Source: Lytechinus pictus (lineage: Eukaryota). Taken from it: a DNA stretch of 64,000 nt. Shown piece by piece: positions 25,878 through 39,966 of this stretch (positions are counted from its first letter, which is position 1; each line of letters starts with the position of its first letter). The stretch spans positions 7,938,001 through 8,002,000 of the forward strand of contig NC_087263.1 in assembly GCF_037042905.1 (NCBI RefSeq), written 5' to 3'. The position numbers were made by a program, and so were the translations under genes. A model generated the notes under the pieces. That model saw nothing but the letters and a program-made list of their open reading frames with translations, searched no databases and was not told the DNA's origin.

Positions 25878-26726
25878 GTGAGTATACAACCATGAATTAT
25901 TTCTTAAATAAAATGTCTTCATCATTCAAAAAGATTTTATGACGATGATGATTATATATATTGTATCTAAATGTATAGTATCAGTAAATTGCAATAATTA
26001 ATAAAATACAATAAATTCCATCATACCCGATAATTTCACCATATTTGATATAGGCCTACATGATGTACGACGAATCTCTCGCTTAAAAAATATGGAGGGG
26101 GTGGAAATGATACGGTTACATTTATTATCTTTTTTACTTTCGATTGTCATGACCATGACCGTATGAAACCGTCCGACCACTATACCACCAAAAAACCGGT
26201 AAGCGGAGTAACTGATGTTCCGGTAGTAGCTACACTGTAAAGACTTTAAAAAGTTTTTAAAACGTTTAGACTAGTGTTTAAACTTATAAAAATGTTTAAA
26301 CTTTTTAAACAACTCGTTTAAGACGACTTTAAACAGAGTGTATAAAACTTTGATTTAGACTTTTAAACACCGTTTTGGGGAAGTAGAGGATACAAAGTGC
26401 ATCATCATCATCCCCTCACATTATCTATATTGCAATAAACTTTCGATAATAATTGCATGCTGAATTTCGGGTCTGAGTATCAATCAGAAGTATTTCAATA
26501 CTTTATTGGAATCTCACACTTTTTATATATTAGAAAGTCAAAAGGGGCCTAAGCTTTCGATCCTAGCAGAATCTTCGTCGGAGGCAAACAAGAAGTTGAA
26601 ATTGATATTCTGAGTAAATTGATCGATCAATATAGTAAGTTTGCAATGGTAATTTGCAATTGATTGTAATTTGTTCTTGTATAACTTGAATCGTGTTAGC
26701 TTAGGTCATCTATAGTCTTCACAGTA

Positions 26727-26972
26727 CACTGTAAAAAACTGTGGTGTTAAAACTGACACCAGTTGGTGTTAATATAGGACTACACCCTGAGATGTTAAAA
26801 TTACACCCTAGATATTGAACATAAAACCAAAGAGTGTAAATGTAAAAACCAAATGTGTTATAATAACACCTTCATGTATAGGTATGGAACTAACACTGTC
26901 AATTTAACACCGGTGTAAAATAACTGGTGTGATCCTCTATGTACACCGGTTAACACCACAGTTTTTGCTGTG
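26727..26972 (+). mobile_element. CACTG-ended MITE, copy 1
   Basis: TA|CACTGTAAAAAACTGTGGTGTTAA ... TTAACACCACAGTTTTTGCTGTG|TA; homolog at 39570-39808. Confidence 0.85.
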
Positions 26973-27743
26973 TATGAGGGCAAATCAATTTTCTTCATTT
27001 TTTGAATTGCGTCTTGAGACCAGTGTAATTTTTTTTTCTACGTTTGGGCTGGGCCTATATACAGGCATTATTCATGGAACTAGAAGTGATATATAGAAGA
27101 GGAAAATCCCACCAAACAGCAACTATCAACCGACGGAAAAATAGTAGGAGAAAACCGAAAAAAAAAATACAGCGAAGAACACAATTAGCAGGGAGTTGAA
27201 AGGAGTGTGAATCCAGCGCAAGCTCCGATTTCAATCGTTGGGGAGGGGGACGCTTCATTTTTTTTGGTCTTTTTATGCTCAGTATGAGGGGGAGGGGTGG
27301 TATGGACAGCCCCCTCTTCCCATTTTTAACGAATATTTTGATGTCTTTCGTGCTTTTTGAGGGTCATAATTTCTCCATTCAGTCGTTCTGCGTGGGCAGT
27401 ATATAGTTATGTCTACCAGAGTTTCTAGTATTCCCCCTGATATAACCATAAAATGAGTACTTTATACCACGCTATTTAAAAAGGAGTTTTATGGTCATGG
27501 TGAATGATTGCGATAGACTATAAAACATCACGAAATGTTTGCAGGTAACTCATTCCGTAACATCCGTGGCGAAAGTGTATAATAAAAAATAGTTATGACC
27601 AGCCTCAGATCAAGGATCTTTAAAAGGGGGTTGCGATTTTTTCACAAAAAAATGACAAGCCCCCTCCCCCTCCCGGCCATCGTTTATTAAGGAATGGAAT
27701 TATGCTTCCCGAAAGACTTGACTGACAAGCAAAAAGAAATGAT

Positions 27744-29385
27744 GGGCAATTCCACAGGTTGGTGGACATGAGCTTAAAAATTCAAATTCAATATTTTCTT
27801 GAATTTTTTAATACTTTAAGTCCTTCATACATGATAGTTTCAGGAACAAAAAATAAAAAGTTTATTTTCATATCTATACTTTGGAAAAAAATGGTCAAAA
27901 GTTGTGTCTTCCATTCTGTACCAAAATACAAGAAAAATAGTGAAAAATGAAATATGCCTTATTACCATTTTGTTATTGCAACAACATACCACTTTATATA
28001 TTTCTGAAGTTTAGAAGAGTCAAATTACCTAAAATACACAACAGCTTTTCAAGTAAATTTGTAGTACTCATTCAAAAATGAATATTGCAACCTGGTCAGG
28101 TGATGTAACGTGAGTAACCGAAAAAACTGACTTTGTTTTCTGAGAGAAAAATTCTTCACAGTTAATTGGTGGGATTCTAAATTCTCTTCCTTCAAACAAT
28201 CTTTGACACAGTGATGACTATCAAAATCATTAAAAAGTACAATTTTTTATAAAAATGATGAAGAAAAACTGTAACGTGAGTAACTTTGTAACGTGAGTAA
28301 CCATCATGTAATGTGAGTAACCAGTAAAAATTATGCAGTTAGGTAACATTTTCTGTGGGATGTCAAGTTTTAAGTCTCATGGTGAGTTGTGAAGTTATTT
28401 TTGATTAATTAAAAGCAAAATGAGGGTACACCTCTTTGATGTGACTCTTTGTTCATCAAAATATCAGTGGTCATACAATCACACAAAAAATTGAATATTA
28501 GTAGAAGTATTCACAATGCGAGAGTGCATTAGTAAGACTTGGTTTCGATTAACCAAACTTTAAAGAGTGTTCGAACAACACATTGAATGTCCTTACCTGT
28601 AACCCTATCTAGGCTGGGGTATTTTGGGAGTTAATATGGCCCGGGGGGGGGGGGGGGGGTGGGTGGGGCCTCCCAGGCCCCCCTTGAGATCTTGGCCATT
28701 GGCTGCACGATCACGCCAAAAATTTGCACGCAGGTTGTCTTGGACATAATCTACAATACTATACAGTAATTTATTTCATGCAAATTGGTATTAAGCAATT
28801 ATGCTAATTTATGCATAATTAGTAAGCAAAATCATATTTTCCCCTCTTACTTCCTAATAAAGCTCCAATTGTTCCAATTTTTTTGTATAAAATCTCTTTT
28901 TGATGTTCCTAGTAATGAATTTTACACACATTGAATTTTTAATGACATTTGTGTTGTTAACTATACATGGACAAAATGTAACGTGAGTAACCGTAACGTG
29001 AGTAACCATATAATCTGCACCCCAAGTAAAAACCATGTGTTCTTTATTTTTTTAATTATATACGAAGTTTGTCTCCCTAATATACTTCTTTGAAATGGAT
29101 ATAATCAACTTTCATAAAAGCCTTGTATGAGGAGACTTTTCACTTATGTCGACTTTTCATTTTATGCATGTCCAAATCATGTAACGTGAGTAACCGACAC
29201 ATTCCAAAGATTTGCCAGGAGCATAATAAAATTTCCCAAGTTTTGTTTTTGTACAAAGGATAGTCAGACTGTGTACTTTGTTGTGATAAGGAGATGTTTA
29301 GTTCCTATCAATAATAATGGAGTTACAGCTCCAATTATGAGTCAAGGTGTCTCCAAATGTAACGTGAGTAACCGTGGAATAGCCC
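27744..29385. mobile_element. Sola2-like non-autonomous element with a nested piggyBac-like fragment
   Basis: GGGCAATTCCAC ... GTGGAATAGCCC termini, 4-bp TSD TGAT, eight copies of GTAA(C/T)GTGAGTAAC; nested TAACCCTATCTAGGCTGGG segment near 28600 resembles 63790-64000. Confidence 0.75.
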
Positions 29386-32265
29386 TGATGGTAAATAGAA
29401 AAAAGGTCACAAGTCACATGAAGGGCACTGCTAATTTCTAAATTTCAGTATGGGGTGCAGAGAATTATGGGTTTTTTTCATTTTTTGTGGGGGGGGGGGA
29501 CAATATATGTCCCCCCATGAACAAAAGAAAATCCTCTGTGCACCGACCCCCATGACCACCTCCCTGGTTTCGCGCCTGATGACTGCGTGGGTTGAGAAAA
29601 GGAAATTTAAAGAAAATCTTTTTTTTTTTGCCAACAGATCCGATTCTTCAGTTTAGAAATTATATAGAAATTGAAAATGGGCATTATCATTCCAGGATTG
29701 ACAGCTCTATCAGAGTAAACCAAATCCTGAATAGGATAAAGAATTATCGTCCAACAACACGTATTTCATGTGTTTGACATGTGTGGACTTAATAAGAGGA
29801 TTTTTAGCGCTTAAATACAAGTAAATTGATATAATCGTCTTACACCCCAGACTGCGTTTGCTTAAACTCCTTCTCGCATCATTAATCGTAGGATTTTTTT
29901 TTCCATTTTTTTTGAAAGCTTGCAATGCACTGAGGAGAAATCTGGTTCTGCTTTAAAACACAAGATACTTATCCATACCATTTAAAAGAACAATTGAAAC
30001 GAAGCTAACTTATAATCTAAGGCCCCCAATGCACAACTGCTTAAAAAAATGAATAAAAAAGATGGAAACAATGGTACCACGACATACAAAAATTTTAATG
30101 AATTTTGAATTATTCACTTTCTTTTTATCCCCCAACAATGCAAAACATGATTGATTAATTTCTTTTGCACATGCAAAATAACCATTGTTTAAGCATGTTA
30201 AGTATTTTTAAAACATTTCCGGGAGATCAAAATTTGTTGTAAATAATACTTAATGTATCGAGTCCGCAGCATCATCTTTTCTCTTATTTTCAGACATATC
30301 ATTTTATGCGAGTCTAGACCTTTTATTTACCGACCCAGGAGGTTCTGCAAATGAAAGCATTTTGACAATTTTTTTTGTAAAGTTCGGAATGCCGAAACCC
30401 GTTTTCATTGTTATTTTGTAACCGATTGTAAATAAACTGTCAATGTGATGCTTGTTGAATTTTTCTCTACTTTTTAAATTTATCATGATTCAGGAAGATT
30501 TGGAATTTAGTTGACAAGGATTCACTGTAATCGTCTTATTACAGTACCTTAGAAGCTTGTTCTCATATTTCACAATATTTTCTGTTTAATGTTGGGATTA
30601 AAAACAAATCTTTGGATTTGTATTCTTGTTTTAAATCTCATTGGCCTCCTCATGTGTTAATCGTCTTACACGCTCATCTATGTTGTATCACAAATTAATC
30701 GTATTGGTTGTGAATGTATACTGCCGTACTTTGGCAAAAGGAAGCAAGTTACAAGTCAAAAGTATCATTTCTTGTAAATGAGTAATGTGTCTTCGTCGTT
30801 TACTTAGGCGTCAATGCAATTTAACACCATATTTTCTTCAATATCTATCCATAGAACGACCATTTCATACCCAAATTTTGCCTGAACGTGCAACATACAA
30901 AGGGTGTTTCAGAAACAACATCAACTCACATTTGACTGATGTGTCACTTGCTTCCTTTTGCCAAAGTTGGGCAGTATTGTTAATTAGGGACACCATTAAT
31001 AATTTTGAGCTGCAAGCCCCCGTAACTAATGCTTGACAAAGGCCATAGGCTTGGTAGTGTTCTGTGAAGTGCTGTAAAACCGAGGGGTATTAATAGTGGG
31101 ACCTACTTCTTCACGGATTTTTTATTTCTTAGAATACACTCCCAAAACAATATGGTAATATGAATAGATATCTTGTCAGAGGGACAGTAATAGAATTACT
31201 TGGCCTTTTGAAGGAACAGTTGACTTTGGATATGTGATACCTGGATATTTGATCTTTATTTGAAAATGTTTTAAAATGTACTACACTACATACACAGCTA
31301 GGCAATGTCTCCTTGGTTTGGAATTTTGAACAGTGTATTCTATGTCATGTATGTTAGGCGTCTATTAAAAATAATAAAGAATTACTAGTCAATAGTATGA
31401 AATTCCGTGGTCCATGGTCTCGTTCAGTAGCGTACGGGAAAGGGGGAGATCACCCTGTCATCAGGTTTTGTGACCTTTTTACATCCCCCCTAATATCCCT
31501 TTTTTCTTTGTATTCGTCAATTTTTTTTTTTTTATATAAGGAAAGTGTTTCTGTAAATAGAGTTGATATTTTAACGTACAAAATCGTTCGCAAGTCCTAA
31601 ATGCCCGCTTTTTTAATATTCCATTTTGAAATTTGTTCTGATTGACGACAACTCTTTGTTCAACGGGCCGATTCGTCAAGGTGAGGTTCGGCAAGATGGC
31701 TGTCGCCTTCAAGAAGCTATATATAGTAGCTGTCATACGAACCTCATTAGACTCTAGATACGTAAAAATTAGCAAAGAATCATTTTTACTTCACTGTATA
31801 GTATAATCCTCGCATTCTCTCTCCTTGTTAGAGCCACAAAGAAGAAAGACGCAAAATGTGTAAAAAGAAAGAAAACAAAAGAAAAAAGATTCTGAGATAC
31901 ATGTAATGTGGCCCTTCATAACTTGCTTTGAATCTCTATAGGCCCATTATACACATGCATCGGGTTTTAAGCCGACCGCGACACCGGCTTTGAAGCCGCC
32001 TTAAAGCCTGCCATTTGAAGCCGACTCGATGCCGTCCCCATGGTCCGAGGCCTGTCACTGCGTGTCTACACTCAAGCCGGCTACACGTCACCGTCACCAC
32101 ATTCAGAGTTGGATTCAGTCCGTGCCGGCGTCATTTTTTAAGTGTATTACCCATAAGTCGTGCCGCCTCCGAAGCCGGCCTCAGTCCACTTTCGACCTAT
32201 GTGCATCACCACTGTTTGATAATTCAGAAATCGGGATCTTGGTTCTTTGACTCTCTTGACTTTTA

Positions 32266-32470
32266 GGTTCCATGACATTTGTTTCGGCGACAATTGCTCC
32301 GCTCTAAATTCCACACATTAATGGAATGACTAACTTCAACCCTAGATTTGACACTATACCCTATACTCTAACCCTAAAACCTTACATAAACTCCTATTGC
32401 AACCCTAACCCTTCATCTTAGGCGATATTAAGCCCAGAGCAATCGTCGCAGGAGCAAATGTCGTGTCACC
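32266..32470. mobile_element. Short TIR element with internal AACCCT-like repeats
   Basis: GGTTCCATGACATTTGTTTCGGCGACAATTGCTC versus GAGCAATCGTCGCAGGAGCAAATGTCGTGTCACC; 8-bp TSD GACTTTTA / GACTTTTT. Confidence 0.7.
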
Positions 32471-32534
32471 GACTTTTTGGCCCGTACTCTCAACTCGGGT
32501 TTGAATTAAACCCTGGTTTAAAGTTGTAGTTTAA

Positions 32535-33138
32535 AGGTCAAGTTCACCCCAGAAAAATGTTTATTTGAGTAGATAGAGAAAAATCAAACAAGCATTATAT
32601 GCTGAAAATTTCATCAAAATCGGATGTAAGATAAGAAAGTTATGACATTTTAAAGTTTCGCTTATTTTACATAAAACAGTGACTGCACAATCAGTGACAT
32701 GCAAATGAGACAGCCGATGATGTCCCTCACTCACTATTCATTTTGTTTTTTATTGTTTGAATTATACAATATTTCATTTTTTTACAGATTTGACAATAAG
32801 GACCAACTTGATTGAACCATATAGTATTAAACAATGCTAATTGCACATGTTCAAGGAGGAATTAATTGTTGTTTCACACGACAATAGGGAGAAAATTGGA
32901 ATATTTCATATTTTACATAATAAAATTCAAAAGAAATAGTGAGTGAGTGATGTCATCAGTCTCCTCATTTGCATACCGACAAGGATGTGAATATAACTGT
33001 TTTGTGACATTAAGCAAAACTTAAAAATGTCATAACTTTCATATTTTACATCCGATTATGATGAAATTTTCAGTGTTATGGTTTTTGGATTTTTCTCTTT
33101 TTATTCGAATCAACTTTTTGTTGGGGTGGACTTGTCCT
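32535..33138. mobile_element. Kolobok-like MITE, second copy, nested in an older repeat
   Basis: TTAA TSD at 32531-32534 and 33139-33142; colinear with 5104-5705. Confidence 0.88.
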
Positions 33139-35573
33139 TTAACTATGGAGAGCCAATTGGGGCACAAATCTCTAGATCTACATGTTCAATATTTACTAAC
33201 TCTTCTGACACTCAAATAATTTATAAATGTCTCGGAATGATAACTGAAATAGTTTCTTCATTATGAAAGCAAAGGGAAACGAAATAGTGAATATAAGAAA
33301 TAGAAAACTAAGCAGAATTGTTTAGCTTTTGGCTTCCAATAATTTTAGCACAGTCTCCATGTGTGTAGTGATTACCAATACTTACAACTTTTAAAGATTC
33401 ATAGCTTTCTTACTGTTAGTCCGATATTGTTCAAACCTTCACCTATCAACTTGGCTGATTTTTCTTTTTCCTCTAGAAACAAGGTTTTATTTGGGCTAGA
33501 TCCCATTTAAATAAAACTTATCTGTGGTAAAGTGTGGCATGCGGATTCTTCTTGATTACCTTTTGACCAGAAAAATACACCCACTCCTTAGCCATTTGTC
33601 CCTCATGCATGTCATCTGTATTCTCCAGGCTCACAAAGCTGTATAAGCGTTATCCAGCCATTTCTGATAGACCGGGAGCCATCTATTATGCTTGTTTATG
33701 ACCATGATGAATTAATACAGTATATGTGGATCTTTGGTTCTTGCACATGAAGAAGTGAGAGGTTTTAAGTGACAAGTTAATGAATAAATGGACCGTGTAA
33801 TAATATAGGGATCACGCGAGTGGGCATAAAGTGGCTTGCACAATATTGCTCGTGGGATCGATAATTTTGGTCACAAAATGCTACATGCTGCACAAAATCG
33901 CAACGGTTGTAAGCAGTCGCACCACCAGTTGTGGAAAGGACTGTATATATAGCTAGCTCATCGGCCGGGATCCAACAGGCTACCAGGTTCGAATCCAAGT
34001 CAGTGTCACGATGCCCTTCGGAAGACAGATACGCCTCACACTCACCACCAGGGCCCCGTCTTACAAAGAATTATTAATCCAATCAATCCCACATATTGAC
34101 ATCATTAAATACATCATATCTCATACATAAAATGAACATAACATCCCTCCGGACACAAAGTGTAGGACGCATATTTTTTTAAAGAAAATGACGCGGGATG
34201 GAGAATAATGGTTAGGAACACTTTAAATGGGTATATGGGGTTAAAGATGTTGGCATTGCCTGATTTCCATAGAACTGATTAGTACGATCATAGCAACTTT
34301 TTGCAGGACGGGGTTAGTCTGCAGGCACAGACCCTGATTGGAACTTCGATCAACAAGTGTGCCTCTACGCTAAGACTAGCACATACAAACCTTCCTGTTC
34401 CAATACCCTTCAGTACACAAGGCATGAGTAGGCTGCACATTCAGACCCTTAAATCGAGTGAAGGGTTTGCCCAGCAGACTAGGATGGGGTTCAGGACCAT
34501 CTAACATGTCTAATGGGTTCTCATTGGACTTTCAATTAGTTCGAGACTCATTTGAGGCTCCCAGTTTTGGCTATTATATTTGCAAAGACGGCTCCGCGAC
34601 GTCCCCTGAAAAGTAAGAACTCTCCATGGGGTCACAAGAAAATCGAACAAACTCTATTTTTAAACGATTGCTATTGAGATTTTTTTTAGTCTTGCGATGT
34701 CTTCGCTACATCTTGACGACATATCAGGTACGTCTGCTTTTGTGAGATAAGGCCTTTAGCAGTGAATATCGGATTCCATGCTATGAAGAACATAAAAAGT
34801 CATCTGCATTTATGAGGATGTTGATGTTTATATGTGGGTGTGTTTTGTGTGTGTTTGTCTGTGCGAGTTTGAAATGACGTACAGTACTTCTGGGGACATT
34901 TTACCAATCAACCGGGGACGCCGACAATGGGGAGACGCCTTTTTTCGATTGTAATGGTGGGTCCTCGATTGACATATCATAAGACCGGGCGTGTTCTTTC
35001 TCTTAAGAGATAAATATTAATATAAAAACCTTCATTTACTAATTTTCTGTCAATAAAAGAAAAAAATCCATAAGATCAACAGACCATAGATGGTCCTGAA
35101 TATCACTAGGAAAGCATAAACAGGTTTCGTGGAATGGGAATTAATAGACCTAATGATATTTAACAATAGGGTATTTTCTCGCACGTCTTCTGAAACCTTG
35201 ACCGAGAGAATGCAAACAATGATTTAGATTAAAGGCCAAGACTACGCCATCAACAATCTTGTTTAGTCGTTTGGAATCCTTCATTACAGTTGCCCATGCT
35301 CCAATAATAATCAGTGTTCTTCCACAGGGCCATGATTAGCGAGTTTTCGTATCCACTTCATAGACGCTTTCTGGAACATTGATAATCTATTGAAAATGAT
35401 ATGGTGTCAATTATTCTTTAATTTCTCACGAAATACGCAACTCGACTCCACCAAAATTTTACATACATGTATAATTCTTTAAATCTCTTTTTCCCCACTC
35501 TTTAAGAGTAAGTTCATGGGGTTAAACAAACTATTGATCCTGTCATGGGTGTTGTAATGCTCAAAAGTACACA

Positions 35574-35842
35574 TATTATATGACATTATTACGGAACCAG
35601 TCGAGCTATCATAATTGAAAAGATTATTTTCAAGCCAGATTTAACGATTAGAACAAGACATGCTGGGTGACCTGACAGTCTGAAGAATAACGCTGCATGC
35701 AGCGTTATTCTTCAGACATGCAGCGTTATTCTTCAGACTGTCAGGTCACCCAGCATGTCTTGTTCTAATCGTTAAATCTGGCTTGAAAATAATCTTTTCA
35801 ATTATGATAGCTCGACTGGTTCCGTAATAATGTCATATAATA
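35574..35842. repeat. Perfect long inverted repeat
   Basis: 35574-35698 is the exact reverse complement of 35718-35842 by eye; 19-nt spacer. Confidence 0.95.
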
Positions 35843-38540
35843 ATGATATCAATCCCCGGTCCAACATGTCCAAGGCACCTGTAATTGACAAAATTTAAGA
35901 TTTTAAACCAATATGTATGTATTTTTCTAACGATTAATCGATGATAAACGAGCGGAACTGACCGCTTTACAAGTGACTCCCATTAAACCGGTTTTCTCGA
36001 TTTACGTTTAGAATATGGCATTTGTTGGGATATGATCTACTTCCGTATGATTGAGCACAGGTGGAATGGTTACTTGAGTTAAGGAGGTGAATCGGGGGGG
36101 GGGGGGGGGGGGTAATTTGCCATATTACAATGAACAAATGCGGTAATCAGCAAGAAGTCGGAGTCTATCTAAAGCATTGTTAAACTTTCAAATAATGAGA
36201 ATAAAATATTGGAGTATAATCTCACATTTCAACTTTACAAAATTATATTGTCATCTTCCTTTTTTTTGAATTACTTGATTCTTTGTGAAATTTCGATTTC
36301 TTTTTAATAGATATGCAGCGCTCACACTCGGCACTATTAAAAAAGGCCCTTGAAATCTAATAATTGAAAATAATGAATGTGAAAATTTCAGCCCTTTTCA
36401 AATATGGGAAAAGGCTTCTTGCAGGGGGGGGGGGAGGGGAGAGGGGTCCCGACCAAAATAAATGTTCATGGAAAATCGTTCGAATTGCCCCTCAGATATG
36501 ATAAATACAGAAGACCCTAAATTATCGGTACCGCATTGAACTCAAGATTGATATATCATATTATTGTAGCTGGCAGTAATGATTTGTTTTGCCAGAGCAA
36601 GCATGAAATCGAATGAGTGCGATTCTATTTTAACATTGAATGCATGACCTTCAATTCGATTTAAACTTTCTGAATGCTCAGACAATGAAAACTCAAAATT
36701 ATGGGAATTTAATAGAGATTGATTGAACCAATGGATATTAATAAAAGACGAAACAAGATGTCAAGTTATAGTCATTGACAGGATTTAAATTTTGGTGATG
36801 AAGGCCCCATACATACCACTTCAGAATCTACATTGAAAGAAATCGTATTAGACATTATTTTTTTAAAGCGTATCAACACTATTAGAACACACGTTTATAG
36901 CTAAATATATGCATATTAGTTGCATTAATATGCATGTCGCCTGATGACATTCATACTACCTAAAAGTTAAGGACCTATATCACACTTTCCATCTTAATTC
37001 AGATTTATTCGCAATCCGTCAAGGCGCCTCACTCAGAGCAAATTAAAAACAAGAACATTATTGAAAACTTCATAACAGAGTAAAAATGAATAAATGTATT
37101 TCTGGAAATAATATCGTTTTAATTCTCATGGTCATTGTCATCAATGAACGTATAAAATAGCTGCTTATTAATGGGAATCACTCAGTTTAGAAAACCTCTT
37201 AAGTAGAGTCTTTTAGTACAAGGTGTGTAGATTATGTAGTTCAATAGGGTTTGCTATGAAGTGTATAGTTTTCTTCTAATATTTCCGTAGTAATCACACG
37301 GTCAAATGGTCGGTAATGAGGTGTTCGTTCTTTCTATTTTTTATGTCTTAATTATAAAGTAATGTCTATTTAATCGGCACTCTTCACAATATTACTGGCG
37401 GACTGCGTGAATTTGACCTGGCTTGCACTAAAGATACAAAGTACTGTTTCTTTTTTTGTTCTTGTTGTTGATGATAGAAAGGCATATTTCCTTTTCCTCT
37501 TTTTTTTGACATGTTATATGAACCAAATGTCATCGTTTTTTGTAATTAGTCTAATGATTGATCTAGCGTTTGCTACATACTGAATATCGTTTTGACATCC
37601 CTCTTTTCATGCTTTTACCCAGCCCCCCCCCCCCCTGAGAGCTGGCTAAATGTTGATAACGTTCATGCTAGCCTTGACTGACATAAAACCATACTAGAAT
37701 CGAGACATTTATACATTTGCTACAGTCTGCTTTGTTGAATTAGCCCATTTCATACTCGACTTTATATTTTCATTCATTTTTTAAGAAACCTGTATAATTT
37801 TCAAAGTGTATAACCATGGACCTACCCAGTAGGTCCATGTTATAACACAGTGACAAGAAAAGTTGGTTTCCGTCATTAAAATACAAACACAGTTGTTTGT
37901 TTGTATTGTTTTGACTCTAATTCTATAAACTCCTCGACAAACTAGACAATACTTAAATTAACGACTAAACTTGTCTTTGCAAAGTGGGTGCTGTTTACAT
38001 CCACATGATGTAACGTGAATGCTTATATTATGCTTTTATTCTTTTGTGAAATACGAAATCCACATTTTTCGGAGTTCAATTATTTATTGTGTGAGTGAAG
38101 TATGAATGGTGAAAAGTAATTGGCCGTAAAGTCTATTTAAAGCTTAATTCCATAGATTTCATTTGATCATAACATTGCACAAATTGAATCAAACTTGTTC
38201 GATACTTATCTCGTGTTTTGATGTTATCGTGTGCCTGAAATTGAGTATAAAGTGATTTGTATAGAAATATTTTATCTCCCCCATGCTAATAGCCAAATAA
38301 TACAATTAGAACAGGGTTTTTGTAATATTCAAGACCGCCATGACTTCGTTGTGTCGTTTGTAGTTTATGACTTATTCTGTGGAGCGTTGAATGGGATCGG
38401 TGAAACGAATGGTCATCTGACTCTTACTTTGCAAAAAACACAAGAAGATGAATATAATTACTCTTGACCCTCTGAAGAGTATTACCTCGATTTTGATTAT
38501 GCTATAATAGGCACTCAAAATTTCAGGGTTTAAACATATC

Positions 38541-38702
38541 CAGGTTTCCGTTGCTTAAAAGTTACCAGTATGGTAACTTCACCATCCAATGGTAACTTGC
38601 ATGGAATCCTTGATTGTGATTGGCTGTTGACAGGCGTTACCATGGTAGTTACCATTGGTTGGCAAGTTACCATAATAGTAACTTTTATGTAACGGAGCCC
38701 TG
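38541..38702. mobile_element. Small palindromic Harbinger-like MITE
   Basis: CAGGTTTCCGTTGCTTAAAAGTTAC ... GTAACTTTTATGTAACGGAGCCCTG; related element at 49129-49283. Confidence 0.65.
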
Positions 38703-39569
38703 ATCGGCGATTAATAGCAATCATGAATCGAATCCTGGATATAAATCTTAGTTTGAAATTCAATCACCGGCTACTCACCAAATCTTGCGGATTTAAATTT
38801 AGACCCAGATTTCGACTGATAACCGTTCACAGCTGATAACTCTGCTTCATTTGAAATTCATGATGTTTAAAATAAAAATAACCTTATTTGGCTTCAATAT
38901 ATATGCATATTACCACTATCAACTACGACATAATTCCTACATCGAATGCATACATTTATTCTACCTTTATTGAATATGAAAGGAGTTTGAAAAAAAGATT
39001 TCAACGGATAACTCGCTGTGTTAAAGCGATTTCCTCTCACGGCCAAATTTAGTTGAAGAGACTTTGGACCTGCCTGAGGCTGTACTGGAATGGTGCCATC
39101 GCATATAGGCCTGAGACCTGGCTCTCGATTTACAAAGATTCATAATTGATAACCCCAAACTATGGAAATCCATCAATGTCATAATTTTCATAAAGGAAAT
39201 TGACACAATGTCCCGTTGAAAGTGAAAAGTAGCACCCTGCCTTGCCAAGACAAAGATACATGCGTAAATATAGGCCCTACAAACGTGTTTAATCAAGAGT
39301 AGATATTGAGTTAGCTGGCTTTCCATAGTTGTATAGTCGGTCGGATCAATCGTAACTCTTTGTAAGACGGGGCCCTGTATATAGTCCTAAAGTATAATGA
39401 AACTATTTTATCAATACAGTCCACCTGCCAAGTCATATAGAATTATGAAAAGAATATTGCAATTCATCAGAGGCTGTAGTCAACATGTTGCAAGATAATA
39501 TGTGATCTTCCACGTATAGGCGTCCGAAAACACTGGCACGCTCACCGACTGTCATTCATTGTCAGAATA

Positions 39570-39808
39570 CACTGTAAAAACTGCGGTGTTAAAACTGACA
39601 CCAGTTGGTGTTAATAGAGGAGCACACCCCGAGGTGTTAGAATTACACCCTAGCGATTGAACAGAACACCAATGAGTGTAAATGTAACAACCAAATGTGT
39701 TGTAATAACACCTATAGGTGTAAAACTAACACCACCAATTTAACACCGGTGTAAAATAACTGGTGTGGTCCTCTATGTACACCAGTTAACACCACAGTTT
39801 TTGCTGTG
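39570..39808 (+). mobile_element. CACTG-ended MITE, copy 2
   Basis: TA-flanked, colinear with 26727-26972. Confidence 0.85.
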
Positions 39809-39810
39809 TA

Positions 39811-39966
39811 GGAATGCTGCTTTGTGGCCCAGCGGATTAGTCTCTGGACTTTGAAGTGGCGGGTCGTGGGTTCGCATCCCAGCCATGGTGTATTTTCCTT
39901 CAGCAAGATATTGAGCCACATTGTGCACTGCGCTCGACCCAGGTGAGGGGAATGGGTGTACCCGGG
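39811..39966 (+). mobile_element. 5' half of a tRNA-derived SINE
   Basis: A box TGGCCCAGCGG, B box GGTTCGCATCC, core CTCGACCCAGGTG...AATGGGT; ends at the family A MITE. Confidence 0.8.

Noticed and set aside
28100..29385. CRISPR-like reading of the GTAACGTGAGTAAC repeats, and of the array at 1-425
   Set aside because: Repeats are short or degenerate, spacing is irregular, there are no cas genes and the context is eukaryotic.
32330..32415. Interstitial telomere
   Set aside because: Only a few degenerate AACCCT units, lying inside a TIR element with a TSD.
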